Numbered from the stretch's first letter, positions 39,572-54,500 are shown. The stretch: DNA of 64,000 bases from Rhina ancylostomus (GCA_030265395.1 JARFYF010000012.1:30681436-30745435), one strand, 5' to 3'. Program-made: numbers and translations. Notes: generated by a model from the letters alone, not told the origin.

Positions 39572-42500
39572 CTGCAGATGAAGGATAGAGTTTACCATAG
39601 TTTATGTTTCATTATTTGATTTCCTGTGGTATTGCTCACAAAGTTAAAATCATTCTCTTCCTGCTGCCTCTATTCCCAATCTCTATATATGCCTCCTTGT
39701 ATTTGTCTTGTCTTAACTCTATACCGGTTCTGTCTTCAAATTTCTCTCACACACCCATCCTTGCTGTGTCTCTTTACAATACTTCTTCTGAATGACACCA
39801 AATAAAATTACAATTAACCTCATCTTTGGAAGAGAATTCTGACTCTACCCTTTCTGCATTATGCATGTTCCTTGATAGTTATTCTCAGCACCTTTACATC
39901 TTCCTCATGTCAACAGAATATTGTGTTTTCTCTAAAGTGACCTCAATCTACTTTTCTCAGAAGCTGATCCCTAGATTCTTCTTTTTCTTAAAAAAGTCTG
40001 CTGAAATATAACTGATAATAATTAATGAAAAAAAACTTCCAATTGACACAGGAAATTAATTATTTGGGAATAGTCAAATATTTAATAGGGATTTTGCTAC
40101 ACAAGGATAATATTCAGGAAACTATGCCTGTACCAATGATATGTATGCCACTGTGCCAAAAGCACAGGTTCATTAAGACCAAATGCAGTATGCAACAACA
40201 CTGAAGACCTCAAAGTGCAGGGTGACAGAATGCAAGTCTCAGGGAGTTAGCCATATGCTTGCTTACAAACAGCATTTTCACTACATGTAAAGAAATGCAT
40301 TTAATTCTCAATTGCATATGAAGAAATATGTTTAATTCTGGTCAGTATATTAACATGGAGTTCCATGGTAAAAGACATAGAACAATCATAGAACAAAACA
40401 TAAAATCAAAACAAATATTTGATAAAGGAGGCAAACAAATACTTGATAAAGGAGGCATTTAGTCTATTGTGTCTATGCTGACAGAAAAAGAACTACCCAG
40501 CCTAATCCTACCTTCTAGCACAGCGTGTGATAGCTCTTCAAGTACCTTTTAAATGTGATGAGACTTTTTGCCTCAAACACCCTTTCAGACAATGAGTTCC
40601 AAACTTCTACCACCTGGATGAAAAAATTCCTTAATTTCCCTGCTAATTCTTCTATCAATACATTAAATCTATGCTTCCTGGTTTTGACCATTCTAATAAT
40701 TTAATAATTATATACCCATCAATTGATCTCCATTCAGACTCCTCTATTCCAAGGAAAACACCACAGCTTATCTAAGCTTTCCTCATTGCTATAGCTTTCC
40801 AGAGCTGGCAACATACACATAAATCTCCTCTGCACCCTNNNNNNNNNNNNNNNNNNNNNNNNNNNNNNNNNNNNNNNNNNNNNNNNNNNNNNNNNNNNNN
40901 NNNNNNNNNNNNNNNNNNNNNNNNNNNNNNNNNNNNNNACCCTCTCTGGTACAACTGCATCTTTCCTGTAATGTAGTGACCAGAGCTATTTGCACTCCTT
41001 AAGCTGCCTAAGTAGTGCTGTATACATTTCTAGCATAACCTCCCTGCTCTTATAGTCTATGTGCTCTTACATTCAATGCCTTTTCTTGTGAAGATGGTTG
41101 CAAAAAAATTGAAAGAACTTCACCCACATCCTCTGCCTCCTGCATCCACACACTTCCTTGCTTCCTTTATGCCCTGCTCTTTCTTTTGTTATCCTCTTAC
41201 TATTTTCATATTTATAAAAGATTGGTAGCTTTTCTTATTTTACTTGCCAATATTTTTCATACCCTTCCTTTGCTTTCCTAATTTCCATTTTATTTTCTCT
41301 CTAGACTTCCAGGTTCTGCTGTATTTAGCTCCTTCTTCAATGTTAAAATTGTTCAGTAAATACAGAATCACACGTCCTCTTATAGGAACTGGTATATACT
41401 GGCTAAAATAGATTTATGTCCTCAATCACTTTTATATTGACCATCTCCTAGTTAATATTAGGATAAAAGAAACTCCCCACTGTTAGTCCTGAAGCTTTTG
41501 AATGTTAGAAATGTGCTTATGAATTTGTACCTCTATCTCCTTCTGCCTGTTTGGACATCTATGGATCAGTCCAAACAAGAGTGATTCATTCTCATTCTTT
41601 AGTTCAACCCTTTTAGTTTTGTTCATTGATACTTTAAACAATATTATCCCTTCTCACTATTGTGCCAGATTCTTTAACCAATACTGCCACTCCTTCTTGC
41701 CTTTTTTATTACCCTATTTCCTCTGTGTAACTAATTAAGCTTTTAGTCTTATCCCTCTTTAAGCCACATTTCCGCAACAGCTATATTATACTCATATGTG
41801 TCTGTCAGTGTCTTCAAATCCTCTGCTTTTTTTGCTTTTTTCCTTGCATTCAACATAAAGACCTTTAAATACATCCAAATTCTTTTTCTCTCTATTTTCT
41901 ATCTTCTAATCTTTTTAGCAAGGTAGTTAAGCAGATACTAGGGGTTAGGCATTCAGGATAAAAGACAAAACAATTTGAAAATATTTAGACTGGAGAAAAA
42001 GAATAGGGGTAATGAATGAGGGAACTAGTAAACTATGGAGGCAGACAGTCTTTGTCTGTTCATGTCCCTGAATTGATGTTCAACTTATTACATTGAATAA
42101 GTTGGTATTAATTGTTATTACACTGGGGTATGTTAGACAATAGTAGGTTAGACAATGGTATGTGAGTCAATGGTTATAATACTGAACTGGTAAGCCAGAA
42201 GTTTGGATAAATTACTTAGTAATACGAATTCAAATCCTAATATGGCAATTGAGAAACTGAAATTCAACGAATTAATCAAATAACAAAGCTGTTCTAGTTG
42301 GTCTAGCCCAACTACATCTGTAGACTGAACTGGCTTTCTGGCCCAGCAAAACATTCTATTCCAGGATAATCAGGGATGGACAGTAAATTTCGGGCCCACA
42401 TCTCATGAGTGAATTAAAAAATACTGGATTTTTTATATCAGTATTATTTTACAAGTATTCCAAAGAGAATTTATGCTCTGTCCTGACTTTTGAATATAGA

Positions 42501-45500
42501 TGAGAATATAAATTGGCAAGCATACCTAGTCTTATCTTCAGCATCCTGACTCGGTCCTTTCCAATATTCAGCCTCCGAAGGATCTTCTGTATTTGGTGTA
42601 TTTTCTGATTCTGATTTAATAATTGCATTTCATTAAAAAGTGATTAATCACTAATCTTAACATGACTAAATACAATAAATAGGAAATAAGCATATATTTT
42701 GGTGTTACTTTGGTATTTTTATATTAATCATTTTCAAGAAACAGGCAACTGAAATAGGTTTCCCGCTACTTCCATTTACTCAGAACTAAGATGCTGAACT
42801 GTTTATTGTAGTTATGGAGCTAACTGACTTCTGAGCACATTGGGTAAATATGAATAAAGATCCTAATCATTGTGGAAGCATAACTTTATGTGGTAAACAA
42901 CTTTACCACATCAAACAAAAGGATTGAATGAAATGTAACTGAATTCCTCAAGCCAAAGAACACAGTGATATCCATAGAAAACTTAACATTATATCATTGA
43001 TTTTAAAGAAATGTTTAAGTTCTTAATGAACATGAGAATTTTCTTCAACAGTAATTGCTTGAATGCAAATGCTGTGTTTCTAACATAACGACTCCTATTC
43101 CAACTTTTGTTGTAAGTCCATTTCAAAAATCAACTGAAATTACCATGCAAAGCTCTATGGAAAATATGGTACCAGCTGCCTGTAGTACTAGTCTTCCATG
43201 CAAGTGGTACACTTAACAGTGTATTCCATTTTAAATCTATCAAATGGAATTGCTAGATTCAATGTGAAATAGTTTTTCTGAAACATCCTGCACTTTCACT
43301 AAGTTGCCACCTGGTGGTGGTGGAACAGCCTCTTCTGTTATCTCAAGGAACAAGTTCTTTCATCCTGATTTCAGAAAGCCAAGTAGATTTCTGTAACTCT
43401 TCAATCTCAACCTTTGTTCCTATGTTTTAGCCTTTTGAGCTTTTTAATTGCCTCTACATATTCTGATTTTACTAATATGACATATCAGAGTTCAAAGAAG
43501 CCAGTGTTCGTGATTGTTACAATTATCATTAATTAAATCTTGTGCACTGCCAAGCATTATTCCTACATACAAGTATTGCTCAAAATGAACAGTGTGATTT
43601 TGCAGATACAATATCTGGCAACAGGCAATTTTCCAAGACACAAACTGAACATATTTATTACTCTAACTTTTGCAACTTCTTGATTCAGGACTCCTTAAGC
43701 CCTCTTAGGCTTCAGATGGCATGTTCAGACTACTTAATTTAAATTACAAATTACGAATAAGGTTAATTTTGAAGTAAGCAATAATAAAAGAAGAAAGCAA
43801 GGTTTCACTTAAGAATCTTGATTAATTGAATTTGTTACAAAGCAATCAACCATTTTAAACAGCAGGATTTAAAAATCTGTAAAAAGTGGAAATCTGACAC
43901 AAAAATAGAAGATATCTCTAAAAGACTAGGTGATAATGGGCAGATGGAAAACTAATTATAATCAGAATTGCAAATAAATATTTTTAAGGGAGTAAAATGA
44001 CAAAGAGAGGAGGAGAGAAAGAATAACGTGAGAAGAGAAGGCAATGAGGAGCAGGGGGAAGTGGTGAAGGAACGAGTGAAGAGGGAGAAAGAAGAGAATA
44101 AAGGAGAGAGCAAGGGGTGACAGAGGAAGATGGGGAAGAGGGAAATATGGGGAGGAGGGGAAGGAGGGGAGAAACATAAATAAAGAGGTGGAGAAGTACG
44201 GGAAAAAGTGTGGAGGGCAGAAGGAAGAAGGAAAAGATAGACCAGAGAAAGACATAGATTGTAGAAAAAAAAATAAAGGAGGGTGAAAAAGAGTGGGAAG
44301 GAGCAGAAAGAATTAGAAAGGAGGGGGAAATAAAGAGACGGAAAAGGTGAGAAGAGGTGGAAAAGGGTGGAAAGGGATGGAGAAGGAGGTGGAGGAGAGG
44401 GAAGAGGGAGAGAAGGGGGGAAGAGGTTAATATGGAGAAGAGGTTGATAAGGATGTGAGGAAGGAGAATGAGGGGAAGTAGTGAGGGGGAAGAGGAGGGG
44501 AAGAGGTGGAGAAGGAAGGGGAAGAGATAAAGGAGGTAAAGTGCACGGGGAATAATGTGAGGAAGGAAAAGTGAAGAATGATTATTGGTACAAAAGACAA
44601 GCAATTTGTTAGATACCATACATAGCAAATTATGAGAACAAAAATGTCAAAAAAGCCAGTAGCAGAAAGCAGAAAACTGGTCCATAATAACAAGGTGAAA
44701 GATAATAGGAAAGGAGAAAAAAGATGTGTGGGAGGGTGGGGGGAAGAAAATATTTAGGAGTAGATCTGTACAAGGTTAAGCATGGTGCAAGAATTTTAAC
44801 TGTGGCCCTTTCAAAGCTACTTAGGGAACATGGTTGGCTTTGAAGGGCAAGCCACCAATTCAAAACTACAGAAGCAAAATTACTTTATGTCAGCTTTATT
44901 TAAAAATAAGATGCTAATGGCTTTAACTGGCAGAAAGAACTTGCATTTATAAAGCTCCATCACATTCTCATGTTCTTCCAAAATGCTTGACAGTCAATGA
45001 ATTGCTACTGAAATTTACTCAGTTTTACAAGTTATCTGCCACACAAAGTCCCAAAAGCAGTAGTGTGTATTAGGGATCAGTTAATATTTTTTGGAAATAT
45101 CAATTCAGCACTAAATTCTAGGCATTAAGACAAAATTGATTCTATGCTCAAGTATTGCAGCTAGGCTTTAAATTATAACACAATCACATTTAAGTCAGAA
45201 GGTTATCACAAAGCCAATGCCAATATCCTATCTAAAAATTGCATCAACAGATTAAACTTTTAAGGGTTCTATTGAAACAAATTTAATTCAATTGAGATCA
45301 CAAACCAAATAATGGCATATGAAAGGAATGAACACATAAAATAAAAACAATACTAAATGCAAAGTAAAAATTCATAGCAAGTATTGTTTATGTAAAGCTA
45401 CCTTTGTCAGAATCATGACCATCACTTTCTGTTCTGCTGGTGGAAGATTTGCCTGCATAAATAGAAAACAAATTTCAATCTGTAAGATATATAGGATTTA

Positions 45501-48500
45501 ATTAAATATGATAAAACATATGAACAAGTTTGAGGATGAACCTTCTATTTATATTAATGGGACACTGTGAAGTTTTAACCAAGAATCTAGATCTTTATAA
45601 TTCCTCTCTGAAGTGCTTTCCTTTAAGCTTCCACTGAAGGAGTCAATTCAATAACCTTACATTCCATTGTAATTCCAGTAATTGCATAGATGTTGCTATA
45701 TCTATATCCTGCTTCCAACAAAGACTGCTGCAAAATTGTTATTAAGTCAGAGAAAGTGGCATTTGCCATCAAATAAACAAGGCACAGTCCTAAAATAAAA
45801 GTATTATTACTATTACACAGAAATCCAGTACTAATGTATACAGTTCGATAAAAAGTTTTACATTGGAGCAATGGATTCTCTCCTACTCAAAGAGGGACAA
45901 TACTCAAGCAGGGTTGACTACACTGCACTCAATCAAAAAGGGAGCCAACGCACAATTTGTAAATGTGGCAGACATGGTACACCAACAGTAAATGAATAAT
46001 GAGAATGAAATGTCAATCAAGTGGGCTTCTAAATTCTGAATGGCATTGAGGTTCTGCTTGGTTGTTGGAGCTGAACTCATTCAGACAAATGGAGAGTATT
46101 CTCTCACATTCCCAATGTACCTCAGAGATGACAAAAAGGATTTGGGTGCCACAAAATGAGTCACTTGCAACAGGATCTGTGGTTCTGAATGACTCTTGAA
46201 CTGTAGAATTTATATGGCTGTCAATGACAACCTACAGAATGCTGACAGTGGGGAACTCAGTGACATCAAAGCTACTATATGTCATGGGTAGATGACAAGA
46301 CTCTTGTCATTGATAGCCATTTTCTAGCATTTGTGTGACCCAAGTATTAAAGCTACTCATAAACCCATGCCTGAATGTAGTTGAAATCTTTCTGCAAGCA
46401 AATAGGGACTGCTTCATTTCCTGAAGAGTTACAAGTGGAGTTGTGTAATTATTAATGAACATTACTACTTCTAATTTTATGATAGAAGGAAGGTCATTGA
46501 TAAAGCAGAAGATAAGAGAGCTTAGAACAGGATTCCTGTTATGATACATCCAACAACCATTTTCCTTTGTGCAAATGATGACTCCAACTACTGGAATGTT
46601 TTTCCCTAGATGTCCATTGACTTCTGTTTTACCATGGCTTCTTAATGTCATAGTAGGTCCAATACTGACTTTATATGAAAGGCAGTCACTCTCAATTTAT
46701 GCTTGAAATTCAACTTTTGATCCATGTTGAACCAAGATCATGATGAAACCAGGAGCCAAATGACCATGGTGAAACCCAAATTAGGCCACATTGAGCAAGT
46801 TAGTGGGGAATATTTGCTGTTTGATAGCACTGTCATTGACACTTTCCATCACTTTGCTGATGATTAAGAGTAGACTAATTGGACAATAATTAGTTGGACT
46901 GGATTTGTTCCTATATTTTGCGGACAGGACACACCACAAAAAATTTCAACATTGTCAGCGTGATGCTAATGTTATATCTATGCAGGATCAGCCTGGCAAA
47001 AGATGTAGCTGGAGCCTGATGTTGTCTGGTTGTCCAGTGCTCCCNNNNNNNNNNNTTATGTGGATAAAGACTGACTTCTGTGATGATGGGGATTTGGAAG
47101 GGAGTTGAGTTGGATCATCCACTTGGCACTTCTGGCTGAAAACGACCACAAATGCTTTTGCTTTCTTTTTAGCACCTACAGACTGGGCCCCACAATTTTT
47201 GAGGATGGGGATATTTTTGGAGTTATCTTCCATTAGCCATTTAATTATCCAACATTATTAGATGTGGCAGGGGCTACAGAGCTTTGAACCAATCCATTGG
47301 TTGTGGGCTAATTTTTGTCCATTTATTCATGACGTTTCTGTTGTTAAGTACAGTACTTATATATTCCTGTGTTCCAGCTTCACCAGTTTGGGACTTCATT
47401 TTTAGATATATACTGCTGGTTTTGGCCTACTTCTAACTGAACCAGAGTTGGTCTCCTGGTTTTGCTGTAATGATTTAATGACCGATATGTCAGGCTAGGA
47501 GATGACAGATTATGGTGCAATACATTTCTGGTGCTCCTAATGGCCCAGAACACCTAATGGGTACGCAATTTTGAGCCAGGATCTATTTTGCATCTATCCC
47601 ATTGAGCAAGACTGTAATGCCACACAAAATGAATGCTTTCCTCTGGATGTTTCCATAAGGACTCTGTGTAATCACTCTTATTAATGACATTATAGATAAA
47701 TGTATCAGATAAGGACAAGGCCAAGATTTACCCCTGTTCGTGGCTCACTTACAACCTCCCATGGACCTATTCAGATTACCAAGGATTTGGGCTCAGCAAT
47801 GATTGGGCCCCAGGTATTCTTCTTGTATCATTACACAGCATGGAATCAGGCCCTTTGGCCCAACTCATCTGTGCCAACCAAGTTGCCTGCCTGAACTAAT
47901 CCCATATACCTGAGAAATGTATCTATTTACGAATGAATAGGAACATTGTAAACTCAATAACTGAATATGTGGTGAGCTGCAGTCAAGGAGCTACATTTTC
48001 TTGTTACTTACCCGTGCTTTTAGAACATTGCTTCTCTCTGGTCTTGGTTATCTTTTCTGTTGGAGCATCATGGTGTTCCTCTTTACATTTCCTCTTTGCA
48101 GCTTTTACTTCTTTCCTCCTTTAGCAATATTTAACAGACAATGTAAAAAAATCTGATTCCTGCAAACATTGTATTACTTTGTGCAATACATAAATGAAAC
48201 ACTTATTACACCATTACTGATCCATGATATTAGCCATCCCACCAAAGTCACAAAATCATTGAATGCCACACTTGGGACCTGATCAGGGTTTGCTCTTCAG
48301 ATTGCGTCCGAGGGAATGCTGCACTCTCACATTTCCTTATAACAGAGAATGGTCTCCTTCTATGCTGTAAGGAAATATGATGGTAGCTGAGTAAAAGTTT
48401 TGGGAAGCCAGGCAGCAAGTTACTTGTCACAGATCTGGTTCATTACCTAAAAAGTTGCAAATGGAATTGAACAGTCTGCATTCATCACAGAACATTCCCA

Positions 48501-51500
48501 CTCTGCCATTATAATGGACAGGTGGTTTTGATGAAGCACCTAAAAAATGGTTGGTTCTGGTACTCTGCCCTAAAGACTCCAGCAGCAATACCCTGAAGCT
48601 AGGATGATTGATCTCAAAACAACTAAAACTACATTCTTTTGTGTGAGCTATGATTCTAGTCTGTGGGAGAGATTTGCTCTTTTCACATTGACATTAATTT
48701 TACTGAGGCTTTTTGATGTCAAAATGCTTCCTTAATAGTAAAGGCAGTTACTCTCATCTCACATCTGAAATTCAGATCTTTTGTTTATGCTTGGACCAAG
48801 GCTTTGGTAAACCCGAAGCCAAGCTGAACATAAGTGATGAAAATCAAAAATAACTGCAGATGCCAGAGATCTAAAATAAAAACAGAAAATGCTGGAAACA
48901 CTCAGTAGGACAGGCAGCATCTGTGGAAAGAAAAACAGTTGATGGTTCAGGTCTGGGACCATTTGTCAGAACTGGGAAAGAGAGAGGAACAAGTTAAGTC
49001 AGTAGTAAAGAAAGTTCTGGAGGGTTGGGTAGAACTATGGGAAGTTCTTTAAGAGGGTGAGTTCAAATGGGTTAATTGGGGCAGTTACAAACACATATCC
49101 TGCTTTATATGTGTAACATGTTATTAATAGTGAGCCTGTGGAGAAGCCCAGAAGGCCAAACTATAAGAATAGAATATGAGCCAAAATGATGACAGGCAGA
49201 AATGGCCAGGTCCAATACAGATACAAATGGCCAAGTCTGATAAAGAATGGATTACCTAAGGTTGCAGAGTTTGATATTGAGCTTGCAAGTTTGCAATGTA
49301 CCCAGACAGATGATGTCAAGTGAAAACCAGTGTTGTAGCAATGGCTGCAACAGGCTGGGATTTTGCTGGGTCCTGAAGGGTTACAGAATATTCTTATGGC
49401 ACTCTAGATGTTGACGCAGCTGGTACAAAGCATCCTGCAGCAGAACAAATGTCTCTGCCCTATTAAACAAATCAAAGCTGATGAGACTTCAAATAATAAC
49501 AAACAGTGTACTGGAATGTTCTCGTAAAGCGAAGTAGGTCACAGGATTGTAGCAGTCTTTGTAGTAACAACCATTGCAACACTGATGCAGATTTATAGGA
49601 AGGACTTAATTGACCTTTTGCTTCTAGATAGGCTGGCTATGAAATAGCTACAGGATGTAGAAAAGATAAAAGGAGCTCCAAGCTTGTCCTTAAAACAATT
49701 AACTTCTGCACCAATGTGGGAAGATGAAATAGGTCTGTGAACTCAGTAGATCAGCAGAGGAAATGTGACTACTATTAACAAGCCTGTTGAGGACAATGAC
49801 CTTTGAAAGGATGCAACATTGATTGATGAATCAATCAAAGGGATGTTTTGCTGCGATTGGATACTGTCCTGCGGTAGGGGTATCATCTTAGGTTGGTCAA
49901 AATGTGATAACTAATGTTTGTACATTGGTCAAGAAAATGCTCATCTATGATGTGCAAGTTAGAAGTGGATGATGCAGGTCACATATAATTATGCTTATAG
50001 TATAATAAGTGCAAGTTTTGATTTTTTAAGTCATCCCAGGGCTCTGTATCTGTGTGGCTTCTTTGCCACTCAAATAAATCAGAAAGAACAAAGGAAATTG
50101 GGTCTTGTTACAGTTACAGAGAATGAATGAACTCCCACGGAATACTGTGGGTGCAGAGAGTGACTGAATTCCAACAACAGTTCCAAAGCCCATGAAGTAC
50201 CAAGTTTTAAGGTGGACGATTTTCCAAGTTTGTCTAAAATGAAACCCTAAACTCGGTGTCTAGGTAAATGCTAGGTGATCTGTTTGGTTTCATTCCAATT
50301 GTGTTTCAATGCAGCAATTTGATATAATTGAATGACATCTATGCTTTTCCATAGGGCAGTTTAAATCAACTACATTACTGTCCATTCAAAGTCTCATACT
50401 GGGCTGACTGAAGACACCAAATTTCCTTCTCCATGGGACATTAGTAAACCAGATGTGTTCCAGATGATGTTTGATGGACCTTGCAGTTTGTTTAATCTTT
50501 CCTTAACTTGAGCAGTGATCACATCCAACCTAGTCAGTTTGCAGAGAAGTATCCTGAGATAGTAGCATTGACTTTCTAGCATCCTTTGGAGATTTGACCA
50601 GAGGTCTGGCAGTAGCTTGATGAAGCATCTCCAATTCTGCACCACAGGAGGATGTTTGGATTTAGTGAAAAATGGGAAGGGTTGTATGTTTTGGCAGTAA
50701 TGTAAGAAGTATCTTGAGGTCATGAAATACTAGAGAAAGTCTTGTGGTTTGGATCTACTTACCAGGTTGAGTTTTTTGCACCACCCTCAAGGAACACCCT
50801 GAATTTGAGGCTGGCACATGGGGTGGATCTGATTCCACTGGGCCCTGGAATTTATAAGTACTTAAAGAGGCAGAGAATGGAGGGAAATAGACCATGTGCA
50901 AGCAGACAGGATTAGTCTGGATTGGATTCATGGTCAGCACAGACATCATGGGCTGTATTGTTCTATGTACTTGGAAAAGGAAAGTATTGTATAAGTCTCA
51001 GAGCATAGAACTGTGAAAGGTCAGAAAAATTATGACTTCATTGGGAAAGCACTGGTTCTGTTATCACATGGCAATCACAGGACTACCTGAACGCCTGGTG
51101 GTACTGGGTGAGGAGGTCTAAGACTTTATGGGGCTAGGAAGTTCGAAAGATATGATTAAATTGGGAGAATTAGAATTCAACACTATTTTGAAAAGTGCAA
51201 AAAACATGGGAAAGGGGAAGTACCCAAATTCTTATAATCTGACTGTGCTAGGTGGACATTATTTAGATCTAGAAACAATTACATGTTGATACCAAATTTT
51301 AATGATGTTAGTATAATAACCAGAGGGCTTTTTATTGGAACTAATGTTATTTCACCATTCCAATTAATGATTTATGGAGTTACAAAATGGATTAAAACTG
51401 AAAGTTGGTATGATGTAAATGCTTTACAATGTGTTAGCACTGTAAACGTACTGAGAAAACCTCCACAGATGAGCAGGTTTTCAATGCCTGTGTATGACTA

Positions 51501-54500
51501 ACCACTTTTCTGAAAATTTCAGCCTATCCAATCTCAGGCAGCTTCTTGACATGATTTGGTCATATCAGTGTTAACTTTTGTTGAGCATATGATTTTAAGG
51601 TCTGTAAAGACTTATATATGTCAGGGTTAGAGTTATCAATGAATTTATTCAGTATGTGGCCATGTTTCTTTCAAGACTTTGAAGTGGATTTCAATTTTGC
51701 TTTACACTCTACCTTGGACCTTCTCTTTTCTTGCTGCTATTTTGCCTACCAGATGTGAGACACCATCCAACACATCAAAATGCCACTTTTGTGCTGAATA
51801 AAGAGAACAAAAAGCTGGACAAGAGAAACTGGGTTTCGAACAGACCTGCAAGCAAAGATCTTGGTTAGAGTTAGGAGATAGGGCAAGTTCAGGAGCTTGA
51901 ACATCAGAGAACACTTTCAGTCAGAACAGGATGAATAGCAATTAGCAGCACAGTACTTGACTGGGCTAAGCAAAGAAGTATGAGTCTGAGCTGTTGTTAG
52001 GATGCATTTAGGATGTTAGGAACAAAGAGGTGACTGGGAGGCTGTCTAGAGACCAAGTCTAACACTGAACCACCAAAAAGGCATTTTTACTTTAGTGGGA
52101 AACTGCTTGGCTGGGTGCTCAGTGGAAGAGACCTATGGATGAAAACAGAAGTGCACATTGGTATAGCAACTAGAAATTCAAGACAGCACTTGCAGTTGCC
52201 AAAGAAAAAATGAATGAATTGAATGGAAATCCTAAAAACTGTTGATGCTAGAGATTTGAAACAAAAATAGGAAATGCTAGAAACATTTAGCAGGTCAAAC
52301 AGCATATTTCCAGAATGAAATTTTAATTTTGTTTCTGATTCTACAGATAATGCCTGACCTTCTGTTTCTAGCATTTCCTATTTTTAATGCATAGCTTGAA
52401 GAAGAGTATTTTATGTGGAAATGCAGTTGAGCAGGGCAGAAACTTTTCCTAAACTAATCGTAAAACAAATTTACATAGTGCCTCTACAATGCCTCATACC
52501 AGTTGAGGTTCTCTTGAAGTGTAGTTACTGTTGCGGTGTAAAAAGCCCAGCAACTAATTTGTGCTCAACAAGCTCCCACAATAGCAATATGACAACAATC
52601 AGATCACCTGCCTTTCGTGACATTAACTGACAGATAAATATCAATTATGACATCCAGTATATTTCCTCTGCTCTTTTTCAAAATGGAATCCTTTGTGTGC
52701 GAGAACAGGAGACCTCTTTAACATCACATATAGTGGACAATATTTCTAAAAGTATATCCACAGTTATCATTTTTTTATTTTAACTCTGCTAAAAGCAAAA
52801 GAAAAACATGCAAACAGGATATGGGACTAAATGGTGCCAAAGGGATATCAAAATCAAAATAATCAAGTCATAATCTGCAATCACCAAATAGCTACAAACT
52901 TAGGCAGCAACGTCAGATCCAAGCTTAGTTTGTACCTGATAGGCTCTTTATGTGAATATATGCAGCATTCATTACAAGAGAGGTGAATTAATGGCATAAN
53001 NNNNNNNNNNNNNNNNNNNNNNNNNNNNNNNNNNNNNNNNNNNNNNNNNNNNNNNNNNNNNNNNNNNNNNNNNNNNNNNNNNNNNNNNNNNNNNNNNNNG
53101 CAGCATTCATTACAAGATAGGTGAATTAATGGCATAAATAGAACTAAATGGGTATGATCTAAAAGCCATTACAGAGACATGGTTGCAAAGTGAAAAGGTT
53201 GGAGATTAAATTTTCCATGATATTTAACTTATAGAACAGATAAGTAAAATGGAAAAGGAGGTGGGCAGTTGTCTTATAAATTGAAACAAACAAAATACCT
53301 AAGGGGCTTGTCAGGCTAAATGCAGTACTGATGATTCCTCTGGCCAGAGAGTTAGACTCTCCAGGTGTCATGTCTCAAAATAAAGGGATGGCCTTCAAAT
53401 GGGATGGATGAGAAGAAATGTCTTCACTCAAATGGTGGAAAGTCTTTGGAATTCTCTATCCCAGAAGTTAATGGAACTTCAAGCACTGAGTATATTCATG
53501 ACAACAATTGATAGACTTTTGGATTTTAAGGGAATCAAGGAATACTGGGTTCATTGAGGGAATTGGCACTGAGGTTAATGATCAGCCGTATTCTTAATTT
53601 ATGGCAGGGCGGATTTGAGGGCTGAATGGTCTGTTCCTGCTTCCATTTCTTACATTGTTATATAATATGCAATATGACACAAGTAAAGCTTGTACATCTT
53701 TCTTTCCATTTGTTTAACGCAGCAACATAGAATAATGCAACTTACCTGTGATGATAGTTCAACTTATAGGAGCACTCACTGCACACTCCTATGAAGGAAA
53801 TACAAGTTTCATTTAAAACACAAATTCAGAAAGATTAACATATTTGATTACAAATTAGAAAGCTTGATAACTAAGTATCAAAAGTTAGTCTGTATGGGTT
53901 GACTATGCTGTTTATTGCATTTTTTCTGATCCACACTGTTCATACATTCATGCACTGCTAACATGAAACAATATTATATATTTCAACGCATAAAATTTGA
54001 GAATGATAGTACTTGAACATCTGTGTTTAGATGTCCAGGGATTAGAGATTGATACATGCAATGTTGAATTGATCATTAGAATGACTGGTAAATTGGTTTA
54101 TTAATTGATCTGTATGAACAGTATGCAAGACAAGTTTTTCACTGTACCTCGGTACAAGTGACAATAATAAACCAATTCCAATATGCACTGAGGTACAATG
54201 AAAAACTTGTCTTGCATGTCATTCATACAGATCAATTCATTACAACAGTGCAGTGAGGTAGTACAAGGTAAAACATTAACAGAGTGCAGAATAAAGTGTT
54301 ACATTTACAGAGGAAGTACAGTGCTGGTAGACAATAAGATGCAAGGTTATAATGAGGTAGATTGTGAGGAGAGAGTCCATTTTATCATACTAGTTCAATA
54401 GTCTTATAACAGCAGGATAGAAGCTGTCCTTGAGCCTAGCGGTATGTGCTTTCAGGCTTTTGTATCTTCTGCCCAATGAGAGAGGGGAGAAGAGAAAATT

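Noticed and set aside
43962-44693. Minus-strand ORFs of 88-214 aa rich in Phe/Leu/Ser/Pro
   Set aside because: By-product of the pyrimidine-rich low-complexity tract, which lacks stop codons.
49330-49950. Possible LTR-retroelement pol remnant on - (QYPI-like and HPVAIS-like motifs)
   Set aside because: Only two short motifs in heavily decayed sequence; needs a profile search before it can be called.
52962-53137. Direct repeat of about 37 bp (GCAGCATTCATTACAAGA.AGGTGAATTAATGGCATAA) on both sides of an N run
   Set aside because: It flanks a 100-N placeholder gap with one mismatch, which is typical of unmerged overlapping contig ends or haplotypes.
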